The notes beneath the pieces are model-generated. The model did not search any database and was not told where the DNA came from. It saw nothing but the letters and a program-made list of their open reading frames with translations. DNA of 50,164 bases from a virus (taxonomy: Duplodnaviria; Caudoviricetes), in IMG/VR virus record IMGVR_UViG_3300027516_000001, positions 1-50,164 of that record; one strand, given 5' to 3'. Of the stretch, positions 37,339 through 45,614 are shown piece after piece. How positions within the stretch are numbered: position 1 is the first letter of the stretch; every line of letters begins with the position of its first letter. Position numbers and translations under genes: made by a program.

Positions 37339-37578
37339 TTATTCAGAAATGATCTTTTGGAGATCTCTGTAGGAGAATCCATTTACATCTATGATATGCT
37401 TATTGATCATATCAAGCATATCATAGATATCCGCGAGAAATCCAGCTTGGAGCTTTCCATCATCTGAGAAGAAATACTCTTGATCTTCTTGAGATGAAAT
37501 TCTCACTTTAATCTTTAACTCAATCTCCTTATCTACAGGAAATTGAGTTGTAGGCATTTGCGTGATTGAAGCAGCCAT
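37339..37578 (-). CDS. Hypothetical protein
   Basis: Start moved to ATG 37578 after GGGAGGGG RBS and promoter. Confidence 0.6.
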   Translation of the reverse strand: MAASITQMPTTQFPVDKEIELKIKVRISSQEDQEYFFSDDGKLQAGFLADIYDMLDMINKHIIDVNGFSYRDLQKIISE

Positions 37579-37603
37579 CGTGCGGTGCCCCTCCCTGTAT
37601 ACG

Positions 37604-37632
37604 ATTTTAGCGCGAATCTTCGCGCTTGTCAA
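37604..37632 (-). promoter_or_regulatory. Sigma70-type promoter with palindromic spacer
   Basis: TTGACA-17 nt-TAAAAT; spacer region AGCGCGAA-GA-TTCGCGCT. Confidence 0.75.
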
Positions 37633-37865
37633 GAACTTTTTTCCTCATCCCCTTGTTGATACAACGTACTTGTTGATTGTCTCTCGATTACAAGTGTGTT
37701 TATGATTGAATCAGATGGAGCTTCCTCCATTCTAATCCATTCTGGAACATCGTCAGAAGTTATGCCGAGAAGTTTTAATGCATTCTTAGAAGGTATAGAC
37801 TCTCTGCGCTTAAACCAACTCACAGAGTTATCTGTGTGAATGATTCTGAGATATTGCATTTTCAT
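37629..37865 (-). CDS. Hypothetical protein
   Basis: Start moved to 37865 after AAGGAG. Confidence 0.55.
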   Translation of the reverse strand: MKMQYLRIIHTDNSVSWFKRRESIPSKNALKLLGITSDDVPEWIRMEEAPSDSIINTLVIERQSTSTLYQQGDEEKSS

Positions 37866-37902
37866 TCTGTTTTTTCTCCTTATTCGCGATTTTTCGCACA
37901 AG

Positions 37903-38187
37903 TCAAGACTTTTTTTCCTCATCGCCTTTCTTGAATAGGCTCTCAAGCTCCTCTGCGCTGATAGTATCAGCTCTAACAATCTCTCTTATTTCAAGAAGAG
38001 CCACATTCAATGCTTCTTTAAAGCTTAATCCTAGAAGTGACAAACGCTCCATAGTTTGTCCAATCTTGGCAAAAACCACGCACAATGTCATGATTTGCTC
38101 TTTAAGAGCAGGATTATCCTTTGTCTCCTTGACGCAAGATACTAACTTATCAAGAAGCTCATCGAGTATGTCTGAATTCTCTTTCAT
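37903..38187 (-). CDS. Hypothetical protein
   Basis: RBS AAGGAG. Confidence 0.6.
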   Translation of the reverse strand: MKENSDILDELLDKLVSCVKETKDNPALKEQIMTLCVVFAKIGQTMERLSLLGLSFKEALNVALLEIREIVRADTISAEELESLFKKGDEEKKS

Positions 38188-38390
38188 TTCTTATTCTCCT
38201 TAGAGCCTACGCTCTCTAGGATACATCTTATAAGTTTCAGCCTCATCTAATACACCCCTGTATTAAATGAGCAAATAGGATGTATCCTAGAGAGAGCAGG
38301 TTCGCATCTCTCTTTATAAGGACCAGAGCAGGCTGAACCTTCTCTTTTGGCTAATCCTTATAATCTTGTTCATCATCTTCTTTGAAGATT

Positions 38391-38594
38391 TTAAAGCTTA
38401 CTCCAGCTATTCATCGGAGATTGTGTCCATGATCTCCATAATACACAAAGTTCATGTATTGGAAATGTGAGGATGTTTGAGTTGCGCCATTTGATATGAA
38501 GAGATGTTCCCTGAGATACTACATCTCCAATTCCATTACTTCTTCCAGAGATTTTATCTCCGGGCCTGAGTGCGAGGAATTCTTCACGAGTCAT
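38391..38594 (-). CDS. Small SH3-like hypothetical protein
   Basis: LRPGDKI......G.V......I.W. Confidence 0.55.
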   Translation of the reverse strand: MTREEFLALRPGDKISGRSNGIGDVVSQGTSLHIKWRNSNILTFPIHELCVLWRSWTQSPMNSWSKL

Positions 38595-38602
38595 TTCTGA
38601 GT

Positions 38603-38845
38603 TTATTCTCCTTTTACTACGCTAACACATTTAGCAATCAAATAGATAACGCCTACGAAGATGATCCACATAACGCTGAATCCTACATAGACAATTATCA
38701 TATGTGCGAGGAATCGCAATATTGTAGGTAATGCTAACAATATTACAAATCCCAAAGCTGCGAGAAAAGCAGTGAGAAGTATAAGAAGGATGTATTTTCC
38801 ACATAAATAAGGAACTCCAAGTGCAATTGCGATGATGTTTTTCAT
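38603..38845 (-). CDS. Small membrane protein (2 TM)
   Basis: Two long hydrophobic stretches. Confidence 0.6.
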   Translation of the reverse strand: MKNIIAIALGVPYLCGKYILLILLTAFLAALGFVILLALPTILRFLAHMIIVYVGFSVMWIIFVGVIYLIAKCVSVVKGE

Positions 38846-39225
38846 CTTTCATCCTCACTAATCTCAGAGTAATCTGATTGGAGAATATCTGAGATCTCTT
38901 TATTCTCCATTAAAGCTTTCCAAATATCCTCTGTACTAGAGATTCTGCTAGAATCATCAGCTTGACGCATGATCGTAGCAGCATCAGAAGATAATGGAAT
39001 TTTCTGATCTGGTAGCTCATCAAGAGAATTGTAGAGATATCTCTTCAGACAAGTTATCTCTGTTTTTGAGAGTTGTTGAGATACAAATCCCATATCCTCT
39101 CTAATTAATCCAAGAAGTAAATGCTTTACATTTACCTCAGTGTTTCTGTGCTGAGATGCTTCATATCTCGCAAACATCTCAACTCTGCGAACTTTCTCTG
39201 ATTTCATATGTCTCTTATTCTCCAA
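38842..39225 (-). CDS. Stand-alone ClpA/ClpC N-terminal (Clp_N) domain protein
   Basis: SEKVRRV.MFARYEA......V...HLLLGLIRED, then a second repeat IPLS..A..I...A......TE.I..AL. Confidence 0.8.
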   Translation of the reverse strand: MENKRHMKSEKVRRVEMFARYEASQHRNTEVNVKHLLLGLIREDMGFVSQQLSKTEITCLKRYLYNSLDELPDQKIPLSSDAATIMRQADDSSRISSTEDIWKALMENKEISDILQSDYSEISEDER

Positions 39226-39333
39226 TCAAAATTCTCATCATCAAGAGGTGGTTGTATTCTCTTTCCTCATCAAGGCGCCTTAAAACAAGCGCCTTGAATA
39301 AGAAGTAAACAATCATACCCCCTAATGTTAGAA

Positions 39334-39429
39334 TCACCTGGATAACTCCAATCCCATGAGATATCCAAACACAGCTAAAGCTGTTAACAATCCTATAGCT
39401 GCAACGCGCGAAAGAATCTTATTACTCAT
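39334..39429 (-). CDS. 31-aa membrane peptide (not in ORF track)
   Basis: MSNKILSRVAAIGLLTALAVFGYLMGLELSR; overlaps upstream stop. Confidence 0.45.
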   Translation of the reverse strand: MSNKILSRVAAIGLLTALAVFGYLMGLELSR

Positions 39430-39700
39430 TTCTTCTCCAGAATACTTCATCTGTTTCATAAGGTGAAAGCTCATCAAGAGGTGGATAAATCACTGAGATG
39501 TTCTTTTCAATGAACTTCTGTAAGCACTCTCTTCCACATAAACAAGGAACTCCAAGTGCTACGTCATTCATATCAAATTGGTATATCTTGATAGAGGTTC
39601 CTTTAAGCTCTATCATATACCAATGATTCTCTTCACCTTTGATACAACCGCATTGATTACACCTCGCTTGTGCTGGTATGTATGTCATTGGTGAAATCAC
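39422..39700 (-). CDS. Small zinc-finger protein
   Basis: CNQCG..K...NHW...LCGREC. Confidence 0.65.
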   Translation of the reverse strand: MISPMTYIPAQARCNQCGCIKGEENHWYMIELKGTSIKIYQFDMNDVALGVPCLCGRECLQKFIEKNISVIYPPLDELSPYETDEVFWRRNE

Positions 39701-39875
39701 TCACTTTCTTCGAAGATTCTACAAATTCAGCATTCGCTGATCTTAGAGTATCTATTCCACCTTCTAGATATAGAAGGCAAAGCCTATTCCATGTTAATGT
39801 TTCAGGTAAAACATCGGGGAAGATACGCGAGATCTTATCTTCCATTATTTTGCGAGAGTTCTCTGAGATTCCCAT
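39657..39875 (-). CDS. Hypothetical protein
   Basis: RBS AAGGAG. Confidence 0.55.
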   Translation of the reverse strand: MGISENSRKIMEDKISRIFPDVLPETLTWNRLCLLYLEGGIDTLRSANAEFVESSKKVSDFTNDIHTSTSEV

Positions 39876-39900
39876 TCTTATTCTCCTTTGTTCTGTTCTT

Positions 39901-40260
39901 TCATTTCTTTTTCTTTAAAATTTCAAGCGCATCTTTCCTATACTGCTCAAACTCTGGAGAGTTTAGGAAAGTTTCTTTCTTCAATTCATCTGTCATTACC
40001 TCTTCTAATACTTTCTTAGAAGGTCCAATCCCTCTTTTTAAGAGGAGAATCATTTGTGTTCTACACTCTTGACTCTCTATGTAGAACTTTCGGCAAGCTG
40101 CTTTATAGCATTTGCTTGCAAGATAAAGCTTTGCTGCTTCCTCATCCGTAGGAGAGAATGGATTACCCACACTCTTTTGAATCTCCTTACGCATTAAGCA
40201 AGCAAGTTTATACTCATCCTTCGCTTCTTCAAATCGCTTGAGAATTTGTTGAATTGTCAT
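39901..40260 (-). CDS. Hypothetical protein, first gene after the strong leftward promoter (probably leaderless)
   Basis: ATG 7 nt after the -10 box; no SD. Confidence 0.6.
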   Translation of the reverse strand: MTIQQILKRFEEAKDEYKLACLMRKEIQKSVGNPFSPTDEEAAKLYLASKCYKAACRKFYIESQECRTQMILLLKRGIGPSKKVLEEVMTDELKKETFLNSPEFEQYRKDALEILKKKK

Positions 40261-40267
40261 GTTTTGG

Positions 40268-40295
40268 ATTATAGCAAAAACATGTTATTTGTCAA
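40268..40295 (-). promoter_or_regulatory. Consensus sigma70 early promoter
   Basis: TTGACA-16 nt-TATAAT with extended -10 TGn. Confidence 0.85.
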
Positions 40296-40444
40296 GTCTT
40301 TCGAGGTAGGGGGTGTGAGCTAACGCCTTTGTTTTGTGCGACATGCGTGCTATTTTTTCGCATGGTTTTTACCCCATGCATATGTCGCCCTCCTCGCGCC
40401 TGAGCGCGCGAGATGCGCTTTTTGCATGTGCTCTATTTAAAAAT

Positions 40445-40511
<67 letters not shown>

Positions 40512-40630
40512 AGAATAGAACATATTTAAAACACTCTTATTTAGGGTGTAATTTTTACATACCAAAACGCGCAACAGCGCAGCACCGGCGTCATATACAT
40601 AGCCTACTGACCATAGCGCTTTTTACGCGC

Positions 40631-40643
40631 TAAGTGCTTGATT
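40631..40643 (-). promoter_or_regulatory. IHF consensus site
   Basis: AATCAAGCACTTA matches WATCAANNNNTTR. Confidence 0.45.
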
Positions 40644-40705
40644 CTAGGGTTCTTACCCTATGCCCCCTAGCCTATTAACACACAAATCTTAGCCCTTTTT
40701 TAAAT

Positions 40706-40770
40706 GAGATTAAAAGAGAGAGATTAAGAGAGAGAGAGAGAGAGAGAGAGAGATTAAGAGAGAGAGATTC
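40706..40770. repeat. (AG)n microsatellite punctuated by GATTAA
   Basis: Read directly. Confidence 0.9.
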
Positions 40771-40823
40771 TATTCTCTTATCAAAGCATATCCATACATA
40801 TGGATATATTTTGATAAAAGAAT

Positions 40824-40848
40824 GGGGAGCTTGCGCTCCCCTCTTTTT
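40824..40848. terminator. Probable bidirectional terminator
   Basis: GGGGAGC-TTGC-GCTCCCC (GCAA tetraloop on minus) with T-rich flanks. Confidence 0.7.
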
Positions 40849-40861
40849 CGTGACGGGGTGT

Positions 40862-41443
40862 TTACACCCATTCCGCTTCTCTCACATCCAGTTTTTCCGT
40901 AATCATTTGAAGCATTCTGGATGCGTTTATAGATGTGTTCCCCTTTACTAACAGTGTTCTAAAGCGCTTTCCCACTGCTGGTTGGTGAATTACATCTATC
41001 TTCTCATACTCTGTTTGAATGCTATGTAATGCTGCATCCTTTGATGGTTCGTTTCCAAACAATCCATCGGATGCGTCAAGCATCGCGTCGGCTGCCTTAG
41101 CAATCTTCTTGCTAAGGATTAGATTATCCGCATCTTCCATCAAGCTATAGGTGAAACATGCTTGGAAGTAATCAAGGCCCGGATTCTGCTTTTGCAGTGA
41201 ATCAATTCCAGCTTGACGTGGAGTGATCCAAGATTTATTGAAACGACCGTTAATGTGCTTTTGCTGATTTTCGCTCAAATACAGATAGGGATTGAAAGTG
41301 AACATTCCCTTAACTGTAGCTTCGAGCTCTGCAATTTTTACAAGCAGTTCCTCAACTGTGGGAATTGCAGGGGTTTTGGTTTCGGTTGCGTTATTGTCGA
41401 TGGTTTCGGTTTCGGTTTCGCGAGTTTCCATTTTCTTTGTCAT
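40862..41443 (-). CDS. Isolated hypothetical protein inside the control region
   Basis: 193-aa ORF flanked by upstream hairpin and downstream terminator. Confidence 0.7.
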   Translation of the reverse strand: MTKKMETRETETETIDNNATETKTPAIPTVEELLVKIAELEATVKGMFTFNPYLYLSENQQKHINGRFNKSWITPRQAGIDSLQKQNPGLDYFQACFTYSLMEDADNLILSKKIAKAADAMLDASDGLFGNEPSKDAALHSIQTEYEKIDVIHQPAVGKRFRTLLVKGNTSINASRMLQMITEKLDVREAEWV

Positions 41444-41461
41444 TTGAGTATTCTCGTTTTC

Positions 41462-41935
41462 TACAGGTCTAACCTGTGATCATAGTTTGATTACGGTAGA
41501 ACTATGATCACAGCTTAGGCTGTATGAGATGCAATCCCTTCACGCTATTGCTATCTAGCGGCTAGATTCTGTCTCCGGCTCATATCTTCGCCTTAGTTCC
41601 ATACTCTGTATGGTGGACAGTTTTCAGCATCTCATTGATTCACTCTATTAGCAGAATGCCCTAGCGTCTTACATCTCAGACTGTAACGATTTGTTGCGTA
41701 CCCTGTATCCTTATATCACTACCCACCAAAGGATACATTTGTCGTTACCCTACTTAGTTCTGAGATTGCGCATCGCGCACACTCCGCTTGTATAGGGTGA
41801 ATACTATTCAATTGTACGGTTGTGGCAAGACCGTAACCAGAAAGATCATGGCATGACTGTATTGTTGCAGGAATCCACGATAGCCGCACAATGGGCATAT
41901 CGCAGACAGGTCTGCTGACAGACGCAATACAGGCA
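41462..41935. other. Non-coding region with nested inverted repeats (candidate structured RNA or ssDNA element)
   Basis: Multiple 6-14 bp stems found by eye (see findings). Confidence 0.45.
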
Positions 41936-42164
41936 AAGGCGGCAAGTGGCCAACCTCATGTAGATACATAATAGCAGGCCTTATCTCTGGTGTAACAAGA
42001 TTATTTTTTGTAAACGTTTTCATTCCCACAATGTGAGACGCATGTAAACGTTTACATCTATGCGCCATACCATACCCCCGTAGGGTACTCCTCAAAAAAA
42101 AGTTTCGATGAGAAAAACGCGGGGTACTTCACAAATAATTTTTTCATAAATTTAAAATGAGAAT

Positions 42165-42257
42165 AAGATGCTGAAGCATCTTGAAGATGCTGAAGATAAA
42201 GAGCATCTCTAGAGAGACTGAAGATGCTGAAGCATCTTAAAGATGCTAAAGCATCCT
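42165..42257. repeat. Tandem palindromes AAGATGCT-NN-AGCATCTT
   Basis: Copies at 42165, 42221, 42240 (one mismatch) plus a split copy at 42184-42208. Confidence 0.85.
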
Positions 42258-42343
42258 AAAGATATAGAGAGGCATGAGGATAATACCCTCGCGCTCTCGC
42301 GTAGCGAGCACTAATTTAAGGGCGTAAAATGCGCACTTCGTGC

Positions 42344-42373
42344 TTGACACTGCTTCGCAGGAGCGCATATAAT
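42344..42373 (+). promoter_or_regulatory. Consensus sigma70 promoter for the packaging/structural arm
   Basis: TTGACA-18 nt-TATAAT upstream of TerS. Confidence 0.8.
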
Positions 42374-42486
42374 GCGATGCATGGAAGAAGTGTATAGACA
42401 CGTAGAGCGCTCTCCTCTAATAAAGAGCATAGTGAATTATGTAATAAAGTTACAAGAATTTGCGCGAAGCGCGGAGCGCAGTGATC

Positions 42487-43206
42487 ATGAGTTCAAATCA
42501 AACGACACTACATTACGGCGGTTCCCTGAGGCAAAGCCCTGCGAGCACGCCGGGTCTGAGTCCAGCTCCGGTAGCGCGTAAACGTGGCGCTCCTTCACGG
42601 AACTCCTCGTTCCAGGCGCAGCGAAGATTCGAGCTGATCGCGCGAATGGAGAATGCGGGACTTCCTGAGGCAGCGATTGCGCCTATGCTTTTTATATCTG
42701 TACCACGCTTGCGTTATCTGAAGAAAATGCCAGAATATCTAATCGTTCGAATGAGGATTACGCATGGAATCATCTTGGATCAAGATGCTAAACTTCAAGA
42801 GATTAAAGATCAACGAAAAGAGCTTCTTATACAGCTCTTACCACCTGCTTTACAGACCCTCGCTAATACCTTACTCTCTCAGCCTCAAAATTACGCCGAG
42901 CGTAAACTTCAGGTGGATGTTGCAAAAGATGTGCTCGATAGATCAGACATCTTTGCTAAAGTATCGCGCACTGAGCTTAAGCCAGTCTCCTTCTTTGATT
43001 TCGAGAAAACTGATAAAGACAGCGAAGATATAATGAGAGTGATTAGGAACGTAAGTTCAGCGCCAGTTGCTTTGGATACAAATAGTGTAGAAAATATACT
43101 TAAAGTACATGAAGCATTTACATCTGGAAGCGACGCACTTTCAGAGAACGAACAACAGAGTGCGTTAGAAGATTTAGAATCTTCTGAAGGGAGTGAAGCT
43201 TTATGA
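42487..43206 (+). CDS. Putative terminase small subunit
   Basis: HTH-like (G.....IA..L.IS) plus ALQTL..TL...AKDVLDR; first gene upstream of TerL. Confidence 0.6.
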   Translation: MSSNQTTLHYGGSLRQSPASTPGLSPAPVARKRGAPSRNSSFQAQRRFELIARMENAGLPEAAIAPMLFISVPRLRYLKKMPEYLIVRMRITHGIILDQDAKLQEIKDQRKELLIQLLPPALQTLANTLLSQPQNYAERKLQVDVAKDVLDRSDIFAKVSRTELKPVSFFDFEKTDKDSEDIMRVIRNVSSAPVALDTNSVENILKVHEAFTSGSDALSENEQQSALEDLESSEGSEAL

Positions 43207-43643
43207 ATTTTAAGATTGAAACAATTCCTCACAATGCGCAACGCTATGATACGGTAGGTGATTATTTCTATAAACATATAAATGAAATTATTATCCGAGT
43301 TTCTGACTTTAGTGCGGCGGTTGCGCACAGCAACGCAATGCTTTCTACGGAAGAAGTGAAAGCTGCGGAAAAGATGGAATTCTGCGTAATGATTCATGAA
43401 TTTGTTGAATCATTTCTTTGCCATCAAGATAATATAAAAACATCAGATATTGATAAATGGGATCTAGATCATCTTGATGACGAAGATCCAGGATCAAACC
43501 CTGAAGCTCCTTATCATACCCAACATATGTTCGCGACTGAGGTAGAAAAGCTCATGTGTTCTATCCTTGGCTTAGATTGGGATGAGTACGATCGCGCTGT
43601 AAGAAGTTTTACTTCTAAAGAGCAGGAGAAAAGCGAAGCTTGA
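43203..43643 (+). CDS. Metal-binding/metallopeptidase-like protein
   Basis: QRY.TVGD, IHEFVE, PG..P.APYH.QH..A..VE. Confidence 0.55.
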   Translation: MNFKIETIPHNAQRYDTVGDYFYKHINEIIIRVSDFSAAVAHSNAMLSTEEVKAAEKMEFCVMIHEFVESFLCHQDNIKTSDIDKWDLDHLDDEDPGSNPEAPYHTQHMFATEVEKLMCSILGLDWDEYDRAVRSFTSKEQEKSEA

Positions 43644-45512
43644 GTGCTTTTGGAAGAGAAAACAATCCGAGATACTCTCTCCTCGTTAGACTCTCTACAG
43701 CATGGATTACTGGGGGAGAAGATTATCCCAAGGGAAGCTATCCTCAATTATCGTCTTATTCCTACAGAACTAATACAGGGGAATGCGAAACGCCTTGCGT
43801 TCAGATTAAACTCTTTAATGGATCTGTATTATTTTTCAACCATTGTACTTCACAGAAACAAGTTCTCGCGAAATCCAGATTTAAAAAGAAATCTTCATTA
43901 CCAGATGTGTTTGCTTGTAATGAAAGATGGACTAAAAGAAGGTATAGAAATACCTCGGGATCACTTAAAAAGTACTGTATACAGCGAATGCGCTCCTATA
44001 TGGTGGGCACTTCCTTTCGGCCATCGCGAGGAGGATTATTTCACAAATTTAGGATACAACGACTTATATATTCAATGGATGAAAAGAACTCATAATCAAG
44101 ATGTACGCATAATTTTAGTATCGGAGACGATTAAGAATGCGACCAAACTTGGTGGTAGAATCGCGAACCATTATGAAAATAACGACCTCTTTAGAGAACT
44201 CTTCTTCGATATTCTCCCTACTGAGCGAGAAACGTGGACAGCCGATTCTTTACATCAACGACGTACCAGTGCAGGAAGAGGACACGGAGAAGGCACTTTT
44301 GATTTTATTGGCGTTGGTGCCGCTTTACAATCGAGACATTACAATAAATGCGTTCAGGACGATCTCGTTGGACGTGAAGCTAGAAAAAGTGCCGTTGTAA
44401 TGCAAGATACGATTGATTATCATCAAGTATTAGTAGGAGCGACGGATTCTGACTCAGATGACCCAGGGAGGGATTTCGATGAACTCGTGGTGGGTAATCG
44501 CTGGAGTACAGACGATCTCAATTCACACATACGGAAAGAAGAACCCTACTTCACTTGGACAACCCATGCAGCACTCGGAGGGTGTTGTTCATTACATCCT
44601 TTCGGTGAACCAATATATCCAGAGGGATTCACTAAAGAAAAGCTTCTACGATGGAAGCGGCGTTTGGGTACATATCATTTCTCCTGCCAATTTCTCAATT
44701 TTCCTATTGACCCGACTAAAGCCAAAATCAACATGGGAGATTTCCGCTTTTTTCACTTTGAGCGCACGTACACCGCTGCCGCTACGCCAAAGATAATTTG
44801 GGTGAATGAAACCCAGGAAATTGCTCCAGCTGCGCAATATCGTATCGCGATTAGGCATCATGTAGCTGATGGAGATGTTGAGAAAGATGTATATCCGAGA
44901 AATCTCGAAAGATTTATTATTGTTGACCCAAATCACGGAGGACAACACAGTACAGGCGAGCCTGGCAAAGGGGGAAGATGCCGCCATGCTATTGTGGTGT
45001 CTGGGATACAGCGAGATCCAAGAAGGATCTACGTATTGGATCAATGGGCAGAAGCATGTTCTATTGAGAACTTCGTTCGTAAGTTGTTTTTCTTAGCCTT
45101 AAAATGGAAATTGCGTAAAATTCACGTAGAAGGTGTAGCTTCGCAGAAGTTCTTACTTTACCATCTTAGGTATTTTATAGCCCGAAATCGCAAAGAATAT
45201 CCAGATTTGAGTGGGATTGAGATTGTAGAACTCAAAACTCCTCAAACAGTAGGCGCGAAAGAGGAGCGTATTGATAACTTCATTCCTATTATAGAGAGGC
45301 ATGAAGTTTGGCTTGATGCTAATAATTCAAGCGAAATTCGCGAAGAAGCTGAGGCTTGGGGACAAAAGAGGTATCTTATAGATCTCCTCGATGTTCTCTC
45401 TTATGGACCTCAGATTTGGGAATTTGATTTAGTATCTGAAGATGAAGTTTCAGAGTTCTTGGAGCAGCGTAAGGCGCTTTATCTCAAGAATGTAAGAGCG
45501 TTAAGTGCGTAA
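43644..45512 (+). CDS. terL: Terminase large subunit
   Basis: Walker A-like PRDHLKST; RHY...DDLV Walker B; VGNRW; FSCQFLN.P; nuclease IIVDP...E..A.Q...K.ERI...DLLDVL. Confidence 0.9.
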   Translation: MLLEEKTIRDTLSSLDSLQHGLLGEKIIPREAILNYRLIPTELIQGNAKRLAFRLNSLMDLYYFSTIVLHRNKFSRNPDLKRNLHYQMCLLVMKDGLKEGIEIPRDHLKSTVYSECAPIWWALPFGHREEDYFTNLGYNDLYIQWMKRTHNQDVRIILVSETIKNATKLGGRIANHYENNDLFRELFFDILPTERETWTADSLHQRRTSAGRGHGEGTFDFIGVGAALQSRHYNKCVQDDLVGREARKSAVVMQDTIDYHQVLVGATDSDSDDPGRDFDELVVGNRWSTDDLNSHIRKEEPYFTWTTHAALGGCCSLHPFGEPIYPEGFTKEKLLRWKRRLGTYHFSCQFLNFPIDPTKAKINMGDFRFFHFERTYTAAATPKIIWVNETQEIAPAAQYRIAIRHHVADGDVEKDVYPRNLERFIIVDPNHGGQHSTGEPGKGGRCRHAIVVSGIQRDPRRIYVLDQWAEACSIENFVRKLFFLALKWKLRKIHVEGVASQKFLLYHLRYFIARNRKEYPDLSGIEIVELKTPQTVGAKEERIDNFIPIIERHEVWLDANNSSEIREEAEAWGQKRYLIDLLDVLSYGPQIWEFDLVSEDEVSEFLEQRKALYLKNVRALSA

Positions 45513-45614
45513 AGTGCGGCGCTAGCCGCTATGAGATTCAAGCGGTTTTTCATTTTTAGCGCAGCGGCTATGGGATGCAAGCAGCGTTTCACGCTATAAG
45601 GAGGAGCAAAGCTC

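Noticed and set aside
41808-42095. 95-aa minus-strand ORF
   Set aside because: TTG start without RBS and atypical composition, within a structured non-coding region.
42165-42257. CRISPR mini-array
   Set aside because: Repeats are 18-bp palindromes with 1-nt or irregular spacing, no unique spacers and no cas operon; the Cas4-like gene sits in a normal phage recombination module.
43640-45096. Alternative-frame ORFs inside terL
   Set aside because: No RBS or motifs; shadows of the main gene.
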